64,000 nucleotides of DNA from Eledone cirrhosa. Its lineage: Eukaryota. Shown piece by piece: positions 14,575 to 25,454 of the stretch (the stretch's first letter is position 1; every line of letters starts with the position of its first letter). The DNA is taken from contig OZ024747.1 in NCBI GenBank assembly GCA_964016885.1, positions 84,754,001-84,818,000 on the forward strand. Direction: 5' to 3'. The notes below the pieces were generated by a model, which was not told the DNA's origin, did no database searches, and saw only the letters and a list, made by a program, of their open reading frames with translations. Made by a program: the position numbers and the translations under genes.

Positions 14575-17426
14575 GATAAAGAAGACTTTAAAAGGACGCA
14601 CCAAACAGGTAACCCCTTTATAAAGCATTTGAACATAACAAGAACTACAACAGACACATTTACACCACCAAACCCAACACACACTAACCACAGGCACATC
14701 CCCCACCAACACAAACCAAATACAGCCAACTACACCAAAAGAAACACACCCAACCACCACAACACAGGTTTCCATAGAAATGCCCCCTACATAAACCAAC
14801 GACGAAATAACATAGATCCAACTCACAACACACACACCACATTCCCCAGAAGAAATCCACCCAGACCACTTGAAATCACAACAGAACTTACCCACAACCA
14901 CACCAGACATCACCTTCAATCCAACAAAAGACAACCCCCCCAACCTCAACACTCTGTACCACAGAAATAACGCACCCAGACCACATGAACCAACAACAGA
15001 ACCCTTGCTCATCAACAACCACAACACATACCACCCCCACCATCACATTCACCCTCATGAAACAACAAGCTACAGACCCACACGCAACAGACCAACAAAA
15101 TTTAATCACACACAAAACTACATTCCTTTTTTAGGGAAAAGCCTGAAATACCAGGATACTCGATGGCCCCACCTCAGGAGAAACCAAAAATAATCAACCT
15201 CTCAAAGACACCTCTAACCAACACACAAATCAACATTTTAAGTAAGGGCCTGAAATTTACACCTACACCACGTAAACCAAACTTCCCCGAAATGAAGGAT
15301 GACATCATGGAATACTGCCGAAAGCTGCGACTAACGGAATTCTTCCACAACGACACCAACACTGAAGACGAATCACTGGTTAGAAATAAAAGCAATTTCT
15401 GCCCACAAAAGGGAAGAAATAAAGCACTGGACACGTACTGCGAACACATCACCAACTTGCCCTATGAAAAAATTACAAATAAACACACGAAATCAAACCT
15501 ATCTACACACGAATGGGAAGAATTATTCACACTTAGAAACAACCCTGAGATAACTATCAAAGAAGCCGATAAAGGCAGTACTGTTGTCATTATGAATACG
15601 GACTACTATAGGACCCTCGCACTTAACATTTTAGAAAACAACACATACTATGAAAAAACAGAAAACTACAAACACACCAAAACAATGGGGAACCTTTTGA
15701 CCTTACTGAATAAATACCGCAACAGCTTAACCACAAAAGAGTTTAACTATATAAGCCACTTCAAATGCAATACAAGCTCTTTTTACGGCTTACCGAAACT
15801 CCAAAAATGTAAACCCATAAACGATGCATGTGACACCTCAACCAACAATTACATTGAACTAACACCACCAGAAGACCTAAAACTCAGGCCAATTATAGCA
15901 GGCCCTACATGTGAAACCCACAGACTTAGCAACTTTCTGGACATCCTACTGAAACCCTTTCTACAACATATACAGAGCTACATACGAGATGACCTTGACA
16001 TGCTAAAACAGTAAGTGCAAATACAATTCTTGTCTCCTTTGACGTAATAAACCTCTACACAAACATACCCCACAACTATGGAATAACAGCAGTCCAATAC
16101 TGGCTTAACACACACCCATCAGAAATACCGACACGCATCAACACAGATTTTATCACTGACGGACTCCGCTTTATCCTACAAAATAACTACTTCACATTCA
16201 ATGGTTCAACATACAGACAAGTATCAGGTACGGCAATGGGCACGAAAGTAGCACCCACATATGCCAACCTAGTCATGGGATTCCATGAACAACAAATATA
16301 CAGTCAATCCCTTCTCTTATTTGGAGACTCTTTCCACACACACCTCAAAGCCAATTGGAAAAGATATCTAGACGACTGCTTTATCCTATGGCAAGAAGAC
16401 ATGAACTCACTTACTATGTTTAAAAACATGATAAACAACATAGATAATAACATACAATTCACAATGGAATCCAATCCTAAGGAATTAGCCTTCTTGGATA
16501 TTCTCATCTCTGTAATAGACGGGAAATTAGATACAGATATATTCTATAAACCCACAGATTCCAAGCAATACCTCTTTTTCACATCAAGTCACCCAAAACA
16601 TACAAAACTTAACATTCCTTACAATTTGGCCAAACGTATATGTACCATAGTATCAGATCCACCTAAACGGGAGCAAAGACTAAAGGAACTAAAAGACACC
16701 TTTATCTTAAGAGCCTTTCCACTTGAAATAATCAACAATGGAATAGACAGGGCAAAACACCTAAATCCCCATCAACTTAACAATCCAAAACAGAAAACCA
16801 CACTCAACACCCTGCCATATGTATCCACTTTCAACCCCAGAAATACCGAAATGTTTGATCACCTACACAAAAACCTCCCCATCCTACTTAAAGATGTAAA
16901 AATGAAGTCTATTCTTGAAACACACAAGATCCTTAAAAGTAAAAGACAACCCAAATCACTTAAACGCATTCTCACTGGACCAAATATACCCAAACCAATC
17001 CTCAACCCTACAGTTACCAAATGTGGTAGAACAAACTGTGGAACGTGCCTCTACCTCACTGAAGGACAAACATTTACATTCAAAGATGGCCAAACATTTA
17101 CAGTAAAAAACAATTTCACCTGCAACTCGGAGAACTTGATTTACGCAATAACTTGCGGTGGGTGCAAACACAACTACATAGGACAGACGGGCACCTCATT
17201 ACGCAAAAGAATGACCATCCACCGCCAACAAATCCGGGACGCTAACACAAGAAAAATCCCCTTGAGCAGCCATATTGCGAACTGCGCAGGAATGACACTA
17301 CCCAACTTTAAAATCTTCCCCTTCTACAAGTGCTCAGATTCGTTCACACAGCAACAAAGAATAAACAAAGAAAATCTATTCCTTAACAAATTTAAACCAA
17401 AACTAAACGGGTTATCACCCCAATAG
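14575..17426 (+). mobile_element. Penelope-like element, Neptune-type (RT plus C-terminal GIY-YIG), frameshifted
   Basis: ORFs 15163-16014 and 16014/16236-17426: KEADKG, RPIIAG, SFDV..LYTNIP, GTAMGT, RYLDD, CGRTNCGTC linker, NLIYAITC..YIGQT; frameshifts near 15170 and 16010. Confidence 0.93.
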
Positions 17427-18829
17427 AATTGTCATAAAATATAAACACACATACGCACGGAATCACTACTATTAAAGACCAGAGACCAATTCTGTAGAAT
17501 CAGGTTTATTCGTTGACAGACCATGCCTTTGTGTGACCAACACATCCATGTTAAACCCTGCACGTGCACACACATATATCTATATATATATATATATATG
17601 CGCACACAGAATTCACCACTGTCGGTTGCGGGGCCCAATCTACATGAAGAACTCAATGTGATCAGAATGACTTGTATTTTAATTTCACTGTCCCAACCTC
17701 TTATATTATGGAAAAAATATGTGTATGTATGTATATATATATATATATATTTGGAGGCCATTTCTCTGTGTGTGGGTGTATGTATGTATGTGTATATGTG
17801 TGTGTGTGTGTGTATGTGTGTGTGTGTGTGTGTATGTGAGGGAGCTTATAGATAGGACAACACACGCTGTCTCTTCGTGGGGTAAGTTTTTAATTAATTT
17901 TTGTATTCTGAAACATCAAAATACAACAATTTTTTGGTCACTGGACTCGGGAATGTCACGGCAGAAGTTTGTGGAAGTTACACAAATATTTTAGTATATT
18001 TTAGCAGAGCAATCCTTATTTATATTTTACATTTACTTACATCTCAATATAACATGGCTAGAATTCAAATTTTGCTAAGAGAAGAAAACGGTCAAATGAA
18101 CTAGATACATCTCACTGTCCCCACCACCACAATAACGTCTACACCCTCTCCCCACCATCACATGTCATTACCATACCATACCCTATCGAGACTAAAGTCA
18201 TCGACCTGTTGTCAAACTCTCTACTCTCTGTGGAATGTATATATATATATGTGTGTGTATGTATATGTGTGTATATACATCACTCAGTCAAACAACCAGA
18301 TTTCAACCCCAACATCTGCAACAACAACAACACCGGCACTAATGTTTACAGCAACAACAGCTTCAGAATGAACTGAAATGAACATTTACAACAATTACAA
18401 CAACAACAACAGCGGCATCAAAACATAAAAAAAGGAAGGAAAAAGAAAAAAAAAAAGGGAAGGGAAAAAAAAAAAGGAAAAGGAAAGGGAAAAAAAAAAA
18501 AAAAAAACTCAAAATAACAAAACACACACACACACACACACAACACAACAACAACATCAACTGCCACCACCGCCGCCGCCATCACCATCACCAGCGACCT
18601 GGCCTTAAGAACAACTTTAATAATAATTTTTCTGCTTTTGGCACGGATCCAGCGACTGGCCCAGCGCATCACTGGTCCTCTCTTTTGTTGACTCCGTGGA
18701 GAGCCATAACTCTATGCTGTAAAGCAATTATAGTAATACTGGACTGTAATACGATCGGCTTCAACTATACAAACTCTTGAAAGTCAACAGTTGACATAAT
18801 CTTGTAATCTTGTATCAGTAATGACGGTA

Positions 18830-18860
<31 letters not shown>

Positions 18861-19049
18861 CGTGTAAGTGAGTAGAGTAGCGTGTGTGTGTGTTTGTTGT
18901 ATGTATGAGTGTTGCTGTGTGCGCGCATATGTATGCGTGTGTGTGTATGTCGTACGTATAAGTGTCAATAAGTGATTTTTTTTTTTTTTTTTTTGCGCGG
19001 GGACATAGAAATAATCGGGCTGGATGCCCGATCGCGCAGTTAAACCACT

Positions 19050-19300
19050 GGGAGTGAAGAACCCCTAGCCCTTGTCAGGGTATTCTTCTAGGAGAAGGCA
19101 TCTCAGGAAGCTGGGTTAACTCAGATATAAAACTTGCGGCTCAGTAGTTACCGATGATGTTGATCTTTTCTTCTTTTCGGGTTATAGCTACTGTCGCTCA
19201 GAGAGTGGGATTGGCTCAGTGCACAGTCTTTCCTCACTTTAAAAATATTCGTCACGCACAGGCATTGCACGAGTGCATTAATAATTATTAATAGTGTACC
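19050..19300 (+). mobile_element. 5' part of an RTE-derived non-autonomous element (3' end displaced to 33420-33465)
   Basis: matches 51040-51265 (ctaggagaagg... gcacaggcattgcacg); its 3' stem-loop end reappears at 33429-33465. Confidence 0.75.
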
Positions 19301-19537
19301 ATTATTATTATTATTATTATTATTGAATGCCATGGTTGACGGAGGCTCGGCTCTGTAAGGTATAGTAATTTTTAACCGTTAAAACAATTGTAAATTGCTT
19401 AAAACTTGAACCAAATTGTTGATAAAGACACCCTCCTCCTCGTGAGAGGGGTCTTTCTGTCCGTTATTTGGCCCTTCGGGGTTAAATAACCAGTTATTGG
19501 GGTTTTGTACCCAAAATTTCATTTTAAACAAAAAAAC

Positions 19538-21637
19538 ATGGCTACCAAAAAAAAAAAATTTCATACGTCACTCCCACTCATTCCGTCTTCTTCTTCCTCA
19601 ATCATCACTACAGGAGAGAGAAGATTGTCTCTCTCCCTCCCTTCTTTAAATGTGTCTCTCTCCCTACCTTCTCTTTCGCAAGCGACGAAAGAAAAGAAAA
19701 GTCTCGTGCAAAGCGTGCAAGGTTTCTCCACGACGACGACGACAGCGACGAAACAGGTGTGCGGGAAATACGAAAACCCAGTTCATTCGTCTGACGTCAG
19801 GAATAATAGCAGTAGCAGCCGTAATAACAACAGCAACAGTGACAATGAAAACAACAGTAGCAGCCGCAACAGCATCACCAGCAGCATAAACAACAACACC
19901 ATTAGCAGCAGCAACACCAACAACAACCACAGCAACAGCGGCGGAGGCAGTAGTCGTAGTACCTGCAGCAACAACAAAAGTACCAGCAGCTCTGACGACA
20001 ACAACAACAGCAGAGAAAAACCAATCTCATTTGCAGGTATTGCGAAAAACCTGGAAACAATCCTCATAACAAATGAGGAATTAGAGGAAGCGAAGAAGAT
20101 GGTGACAAAGAACGGACACCGAGCAATCTGCAAGGCAGCGAAAAATTTTTTCGAAACCCAAGAGCACTGTACGGTCACGTACCGTACAGTAAGTACAAAA
20201 TCCCGTAGGGTGGAAAGAGCCACAGAGGCCCAAATACAAAAAGCCTTGGGGTCTGTGTGGCAGAGGAAAACGCACATCACCCGAGGCAAAAAATACGCCA
20301 CCGTAGACGTACTTTTTGCCACACCCCAGGAGGCAAAGGCCCAATCAGTAGTGACCCTAAGGAGCGAGGAAATGGTGTTGGTGCCCTCCTACTGCGGGCA
20401 AAAAATTGTGAGGGTCAAACTGACCCACGTCCCCCCCGGAATGACCCCTTCTTGGCTGGCCGCGTCTGTCCTCGTCGGAATCGAGGACAAAACAACTGTA
20501 CTGCAAGTACAGAAAAAAGTAAGAGAAGATTGGGTCGGCTCCTCCATTGAGATGCTAATACAAACCAACCAGGAGTGCATCGAAGCTATCCCGGATGTGA
20601 TAGACTTCGATAACGGCACTCAACTGCCCATAAGTGTTGAGGGCAAACGCCCGAAATGCTTTCGCTGTGGATCGAAGACTCACCTCAGGGCCTTCTGCAA
20701 CGAGAAGACCCTGAGAAAGGAGAAAACCCCCCTCCTCCCGAATCCGGTTCCACGGCTACCAGCAACAGGACAAGCGGCAACCAGGAACGATAGGTCCGTG
20801 GCACCCATACCCACTCCACGGAAATCAAAGACAGCAGCAGCAGTGGAAATATTAACAACAACAACAGCAATACCAAATGCAGCTGCAACAGAGACTCCAG
20901 TGCAAACATCACCAACAACAACAAGTGAAAGAGTGGAGCTGGTACCCCTCCCCGACCTTACAGAATCAGACATGGAGTGTGAGGTGGGAGAGGGATGGCA
21001 AAAGGTCTCAAGAAGGCACAAACGCAGAAGCAGCGCATCGTCGCCTTTGAAAAGGGAGGAAAGAAATGAGAAAAGGGTAAAGTCTACTGCAAAGAGACCC
21101 ACAGCAGCAACACCACCAACACCATCACCACCCACACCAGCACCACCATCACCACCGGCGACAACCCCACCGCCAACAACACCTTCAACACCACCACCAC
21201 AAGCACCAACATCGCAAACACAACAACAAAACACACACACCCAGCAACAACGACAAGAAAATAGCAGAACCACACCCCACCCCCAGAAAAACAAATGCAC
21301 GGCAATAAACACACACAACAAGAAACTAATGACTTACATAATTGAACACACAGACATTTCACAACAGGACTACATAATACCAGCACCAATCAAAACGCCA
21401 ACTAACATAAGACTGCTAAAAATAGCACAGAAACAATACACAAACATTAAAACGAAATTCCCCAACGCAGTTGGTGATTTCAGGGACCTAGGAGGAACCA
21501 TTAATCGAAGAGTATATTCAGACATTCTCTTAGAAGAGCCGACGACCAGCCGAAGGGACGATTCAACGGTCCCTTCACCAGACGATCAAGTGAAAAGGGA
21601 TGTAAAAACCATCCCTCCTCTACCAAAAATACGGTAA
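19538..21637 (+). CDS. Tx1 ORF1 (gag-like, CCHC zinc knuckle)
   Basis: CFRCGSKTHLRAFC knuckle, Pro/Thr-rich region; ATG at 19538. Confidence 0.88.
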   Translation: MATKKKKFHTSLPLIPSSSSSIITTGERRLSLSLPSLNVSLSLPSLSQATKEKKSLVQSVQGFSTTTTTATKQVCGKYENPVHSSDVRNNSSSSRNNNSNSDNENNSSSRNSITSSINNNTISSSNTNNNHSNSGGGSSRSTCSNNKSTSSSDDNNNSREKPISFAGIAKNLETILITNEELEEAKKMVTKNGHRAICKAAKNFFETQEHCTVTYRTVSTKSRRVERATEAQIQKALGSVWQRKTHITRGKKYATVDVLFATPQEAKAQSVVTLRSEEMVLVPSYCGQKIVRVKLTHVPPGMTPSWLAASVLVGIEDKTTVLQVQKKVREDWVGSSIEMLIQTNQECIEAIPDVIDFDNGTQLPISVEGKRPKCFRCGSKTHLRAFCNEKTLRKEKTPLLPNPVPRLPATGQAATRNDRSVAPIPTPRKSKTAAAVEILTTTTAIPNAAATETPVQTSPTTTSERVELVPLPDLTESDMECEVGEGWQKVSRRHKRRSSASSPLKREERNEKRVKSTAKRPTAATPPTPSPPTPAPPSPPATTPPPTTPSTPPPQAPTSQTQQQNTHTQQQRQENSRTTPHPQKNKCTAINTHNKKLMTYIIEHTDISQQDYIIPAPIKTPTNIRLLKIAQKQYTNIKTKFPNAVGDFRDLGGTINRRVYSDILLEEPTTSRRDDSTVPSPDDQVKRDVKTIPPLPKIR

Positions 21638-21672
21638 GTGGTCTTTCCCATCTTTTCCACTCTATTTTAAAC

Positions 21673-24600
21673 ATGACCTCACTCAGAATAGGCAGCATAA
21701 ATGCGCGTGGCTTGGGGTCGTCATGGAAGCAGGGTCACCTGCTCAACGACCTCAGGTCACTAAACATAGATGTAGTGGCCATCAGCGAGACCAGAATCTC
21801 CGAAGCACGGGCCTTCGCACCGATCTTCGGCGGCTACGATGTGTACGCATCTCCCAGCCGTCCTGGATCGGGTGGAGGAGTTGCTGTGCTTTTTCGGAGA
21901 GGTTTGGATCTCGCCATACGGGCCATCTTCCTGGACCCAGAGGGTAAGCTGGTGGTGCTGGACGTGACCAGCGGAGACGGGCAAGCTTTCAGGCTAGTGG
22001 CCGTCTATGCCCCGACAGGAGCAGGGCGGCCTGATTTCTTCCGGCGTCTGGAGACCTTTCTTGGAACGTCGCGCTCTTTAGTGTTAGTGGGCGACTGGAA
22101 CGGGATCTTAGATGCACGCTGGGACTGTGTGGGATTAGCGGATAGGGGTGGAGGGTGCAAGAGCCTCACCAACCTGCTCAGGCGTTTTGAACTGTCTGAC
22201 AGGTACCGATTGGATTTCCCGAATGTGCCAATGTGGACTTGGACAAACCGCATAGGGTCATCCAGATCATATCTAGATAGAGTATTTTGTAGGGAAATAG
22301 ATAGGTCTAGCATAGGCTGTCCACAATTCAAGATAGTCAGCTACACGGACCACAAATTCGTGATCTGTGTGCTTGACTTAGATAGGCTTCATAGACGAGG
22401 ACCCGGCTACTGGAAGCTAAACGCGTCCTTACCAGCGCGCAAGGCCTACAGAGACCGGATTAGCGAACTAGTTAAGCGGGCGTTGACGGGGGCCATCGTC
22501 AACAACAAGTGGTGGTTTGCTCTGAAAAGAGCGATTAGAATAGAATCGATTAGGTTTAGTAAGGCTTTAGCAATAGAGAAAAATAGAGCAGAGGGAGAAC
22601 TAGTTAGAAAATTAGACGAGGCGCTTAGCAAAGGCATTGCGACCGACGTGCTTGCGGCGAAATTGGCCCTTGACCAATTCTTCAATGCAAAGCACGAAGG
22701 CTGCGTTGTCAGAGCTAGGGTGCGTGCTCTCAGACACGAGGGGACGAAAGCCGTTGAATGGGCCCGAGTGGCGGAGGCGCGTCGTGGCAACAAAGCCACG
22801 ATCCGGTCTTTGGTGGACCACGACGGGCGCATGCTACTCGATCCCGGGCAAATGTGTGAAGCTTTTCAGCGACACTTCGCTCAGCTGTTCGGGGGCAGCG
22901 GGGGGCCGGGTAGAGGGATGGACTTTAGTGTCTACCTCGACGGACTGCCGCGGCTCTCGGCCACTGAGGCGAAGTGTTGCGAAAAGCCGATAACAGCCGC
23001 TGAAGTAAGGGAGGCAATGACTGGCTGCACAAGGGGTAAATCGCCTGGTTTGGATGGTCTGCCCTATGAACTTTACGTACAGATGCCAGACTTGTTCGGA
23101 GGCCTCTTGGCGGACGTCTACTGCAACTGGCAACAGAACGGGAGAATTCCCAGTTCTGTGAGCCGAGGAGCGGTGGCACTGCTGAGAAAGGATCCGAACA
23201 AGGGGGATAACATAGACAATTTCCGGCCCATAACTCTGCTAAACACAGAGTTTAAGATTTTGGCCAAGGTGCTAGCAAAGAGGTTGGCGCTTGTCGTTGG
23301 TGGTCTGGTGGGAGAGGCGCAGACATGCGCCATTCCCGACAGATCCATCCACGACAACCTCCACCTCATGCGATACATCGTAGAGAGGGTAGCTAGGGAA
23401 CCTGGCACGGGTGGGTCCTTGATCAATTTAGATCAGTCGAAAGCTTTCGATAGGGTCGACCATCGTTACCTAGCGGCAGTCCTGAGGGCGGCTGGCTTTG
23501 GGCCCGTCTTCAGAGGCTGGATCGCTGCCATGCACAGCGACATCTGCTCTGTGGTGAGAGTGAACGGTCACCTGTCGGAACCGTTCAACATCATGCGCTC
23601 GGTCCGCCAAGGATGTCCCCTCTCGTCCCTCTTGTACGTATTGACTCTCGAGCCATTACTGCACAAACTGGAGACGTTGAGGGGAGTCCCGCGCGAACTA
23701 GGATGCGGAAGATCCGTGTCAGCATATGCGGACGATGTCACCGTAGTGGTGTCGAACGCCAAACACATCGAGGCGATCGGCACTACACTAAGAGAATACG
23801 AAGCGGTGACAGGAGCAATGATCAACCAGGAAAAGTCAGTGGGCCTGCAGCTCGGCACCTGGAGAGGCAGGTCCATGCCGTCCAACAGCGTCGTCGGGCG
23901 CTGGACGGACGGACCGGTTAAATTGCTAGGGGTCTGGTTCGGTCCGGACCTCCAGACGGACAAAAACTGGGACGAGGTGACGAGCAGGGTGGCTTCTCTC
24001 ACCCAGAAATGGGCGGAGAGGAAGCTATCCCTGAAAGGTCGAGCGGAGGTGGCTAACGCGTACATCGCGTCTGTCATCTGCTACCGCCTAACCGTCGTAC
24101 CTTGTCCTAAGCCTCGCCTGACTGCGCTGGAGCGTTTGCTCTTTCGCTTTTTGTGGAAGGGACGTGCTCCGATGGTCAGGCGGTCCATCTGTTGTCAACA
24201 CCCGCTACGTGGAGGGCTGGGCATGCCGTGGCTGATGATGCGCAGGCACGCGCTCAGGCTACGACATCTCCACCTCTTCCTCGACGGTGATCAGGTGTGG
24301 TCGCCGTTTGCTAGACGCGTTTTTCCCCAGCTCGTTTCCTTGACGGAGCTGCAGTCCTGGGTCAAGCGAAGACCGAGAGGGAGCGCCTGGAGACTGGAAT
24401 GTCTTCAGGCGCTCACAGCCCTCGACCAATCGGGCAATGTGATCGGTGGAAACTCCACCTCGGCGTTCTATAGAGGATTAGTGGAGGGGAAGAGCGACGA
24501 CGTACTTGGGGAAACTCTAGGCGTCGACGAAAATCAACTAGCCAATCTCTTCGGAAGAACTTTCGGGCCAGGGCCTATGGACAACTTCCAGAAATCTCTG

Positions 24601-25092
24601 GCCTGGCAGTGCTACCGAGGAGCCTTGCCAGTTCGGGATAAACTCTACAGGCATGGAGGTGCCGTCAGCCGGGCATGTCCGAGATGCGCGCAGGGCGACG
24701 AAACCGTCCTGCACGCACTCGTCCAGTGTCCGAAAATTGCTGACTTGTGGGTTTATGTCGAACACCTGCTGTCGCGTTTAGGACGGATCCAGCTATCATC
24801 TGAGTCTATCGTGAGGATTGCCCCGCCCTCCTCCTTTAGCCGGGAAGGGCAGGCAGTTTTTATCTGTCTGGTGGCCATGGCGAAAGAGATAGTATGGTGG
24901 ACACGTTTGAAAGGGCTGAAGACGAGCACTTACCTCTTCGGTGATGCTCTGATTGACTTTTTCAAATTTCATTTGAAAAGGAAAATCAGAGTAGAGAAGG
25001 AAGTGCTCTCTTTCCAGCATTTTGTTGAAAGATGGGTGAGAGAAGCAAGAATGGCCCGAGTGAATGGGCCGACTCTGAGTATATATCTGTAA
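21673..25092 (+). CDS. Tx1 ORF2 (APE endonuclease, RT, C-terminal zinc finger), 1139 aa intact
   Basis: NARGL, SET, GDWN, YLDR, TDH; KSPGLDG, KAFDRV, QGCPLS, YADD; CPRC..ETVLH..C. Confidence 0.97.
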   Translation: MTSLRIGSINARGLGSSWKQGHLLNDLRSLNIDVVAISETRISEARAFAPIFGGYDVYASPSRPGSGGGVAVLFRRGLDLAIRAIFLDPEGKLVVLDVTSGDGQAFRLVAVYAPTGAGRPDFFRRLETFLGTSRSLVLVGDWNGILDARWDCVGLADRGGGCKSLTNLLRRFELSDRYRLDFPNVPMWTWTNRIGSSRSYLDRVFCREIDRSSIGCPQFKIVSYTDHKFVICVLDLDRLHRRGPGYWKLNASLPARKAYRDRISELVKRALTGAIVNNKWWFALKRAIRIESIRFSKALAIEKNRAEGELVRKLDEALSKGIATDVLAAKLALDQFFNAKHEGCVVRARVRALRHEGTKAVEWARVAEARRGNKATIRSLVDHDGRMLLDPGQMCEAFQRHFAQLFGGSGGPGRGMDFSVYLDGLPRLSATEAKCCEKPITAAEVREAMTGCTRGKSPGLDGLPYELYVQMPDLFGGLLADVYCNWQQNGRIPSSVSRGAVALLRKDPNKGDNIDNFRPITLLNTEFKILAKVLAKRLALVVGGLVGEAQTCAIPDRSIHDNLHLMRYIVERVAREPGTGGSLINLDQSKAFDRVDHRYLAAVLRAAGFGPVFRGWIAAMHSDICSVVRVNGHLSEPFNIMRSVRQGCPLSSLLYVLTLEPLLHKLETLRGVPRELGCGRSVSAYADDVTVVVSNAKHIEAIGTTLREYEAVTGAMINQEKSVGLQLGTWRGRSMPSNSVVGRWTDGPVKLLGVWFGPDLQTDKNWDEVTSRVASLTQKWAERKLSLKGRAEVANAYIASVICYRLTVVPCPKPRLTALERLLFRFLWKGRAPMVRRSICCQHPLRGGLGMPWLMMRRHALRLRHLHLFLDGDQVWSPFARRVFPQLVSLTELQSWVKRRPRGSAWRLECLQALTALDQSGNVIGGNSTSAFYRGLVEGKSDDVLGETLGVDENQLANLFGRTFGPGPMDNFQKSLAWQCYRGALPVRDKLYRHGGAVSRACPRCAQGDETVLHALVQCPKIADLWVYVEHLLSRLGRIQLSSESIVRIAPPSSFSREGQAVFICLVAMAKEIVWWTRLKGLKTSTYLFGDALIDFFKFHLKRKIRVEKEVLSFQHFVERWVREARMARVNGPTLSIYL

Positions 25093-25352
25093 ACTAAAGG
25101 TGGAAAACTGGGAGAGGGCACTTGCCTTGGTGGTCAGGGTCATTGTGGCTTTTTACTGGGCTTTCTCCACAAATGTCCCTCCGAAGTCTCCCCCCTATTG
25201 GGGAATTTTTCATTGTTATTTTCATTGTTATTTTTGTTACATCCTCTGTTTTTGTTTTTTTACACGCAGAAATGCCCATTTGTACCGTCCTGCATTGTCC
25301 TGCACTGTCCTTAATGTCTACTTTATGTAAACCCTTGTGGTTAATAAAGAAA

Positions 25353-25422
<70 letters not shown>

Positions 25423-25454
25423 TATTATTACTTTTTTTTTTTTTTTCCAATTCA

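Larger units (their letters stand above)
19325..25430 (+). mobile_element. Full-length L1/Tx1-clade non-LTR retrotransposon in (ATT)n
   Basis: two intact ORFs, 3' UTR, (TTA)n on both sides. Confidence 0.95.

Noticed and set aside
25122-25454. N-terminal extension of the 959-aa ORF
   Set aside because: It is the Tx1 3' UTR and (TTA)n tail read in frame; the RTE ORF plausibly starts at ATG 25455
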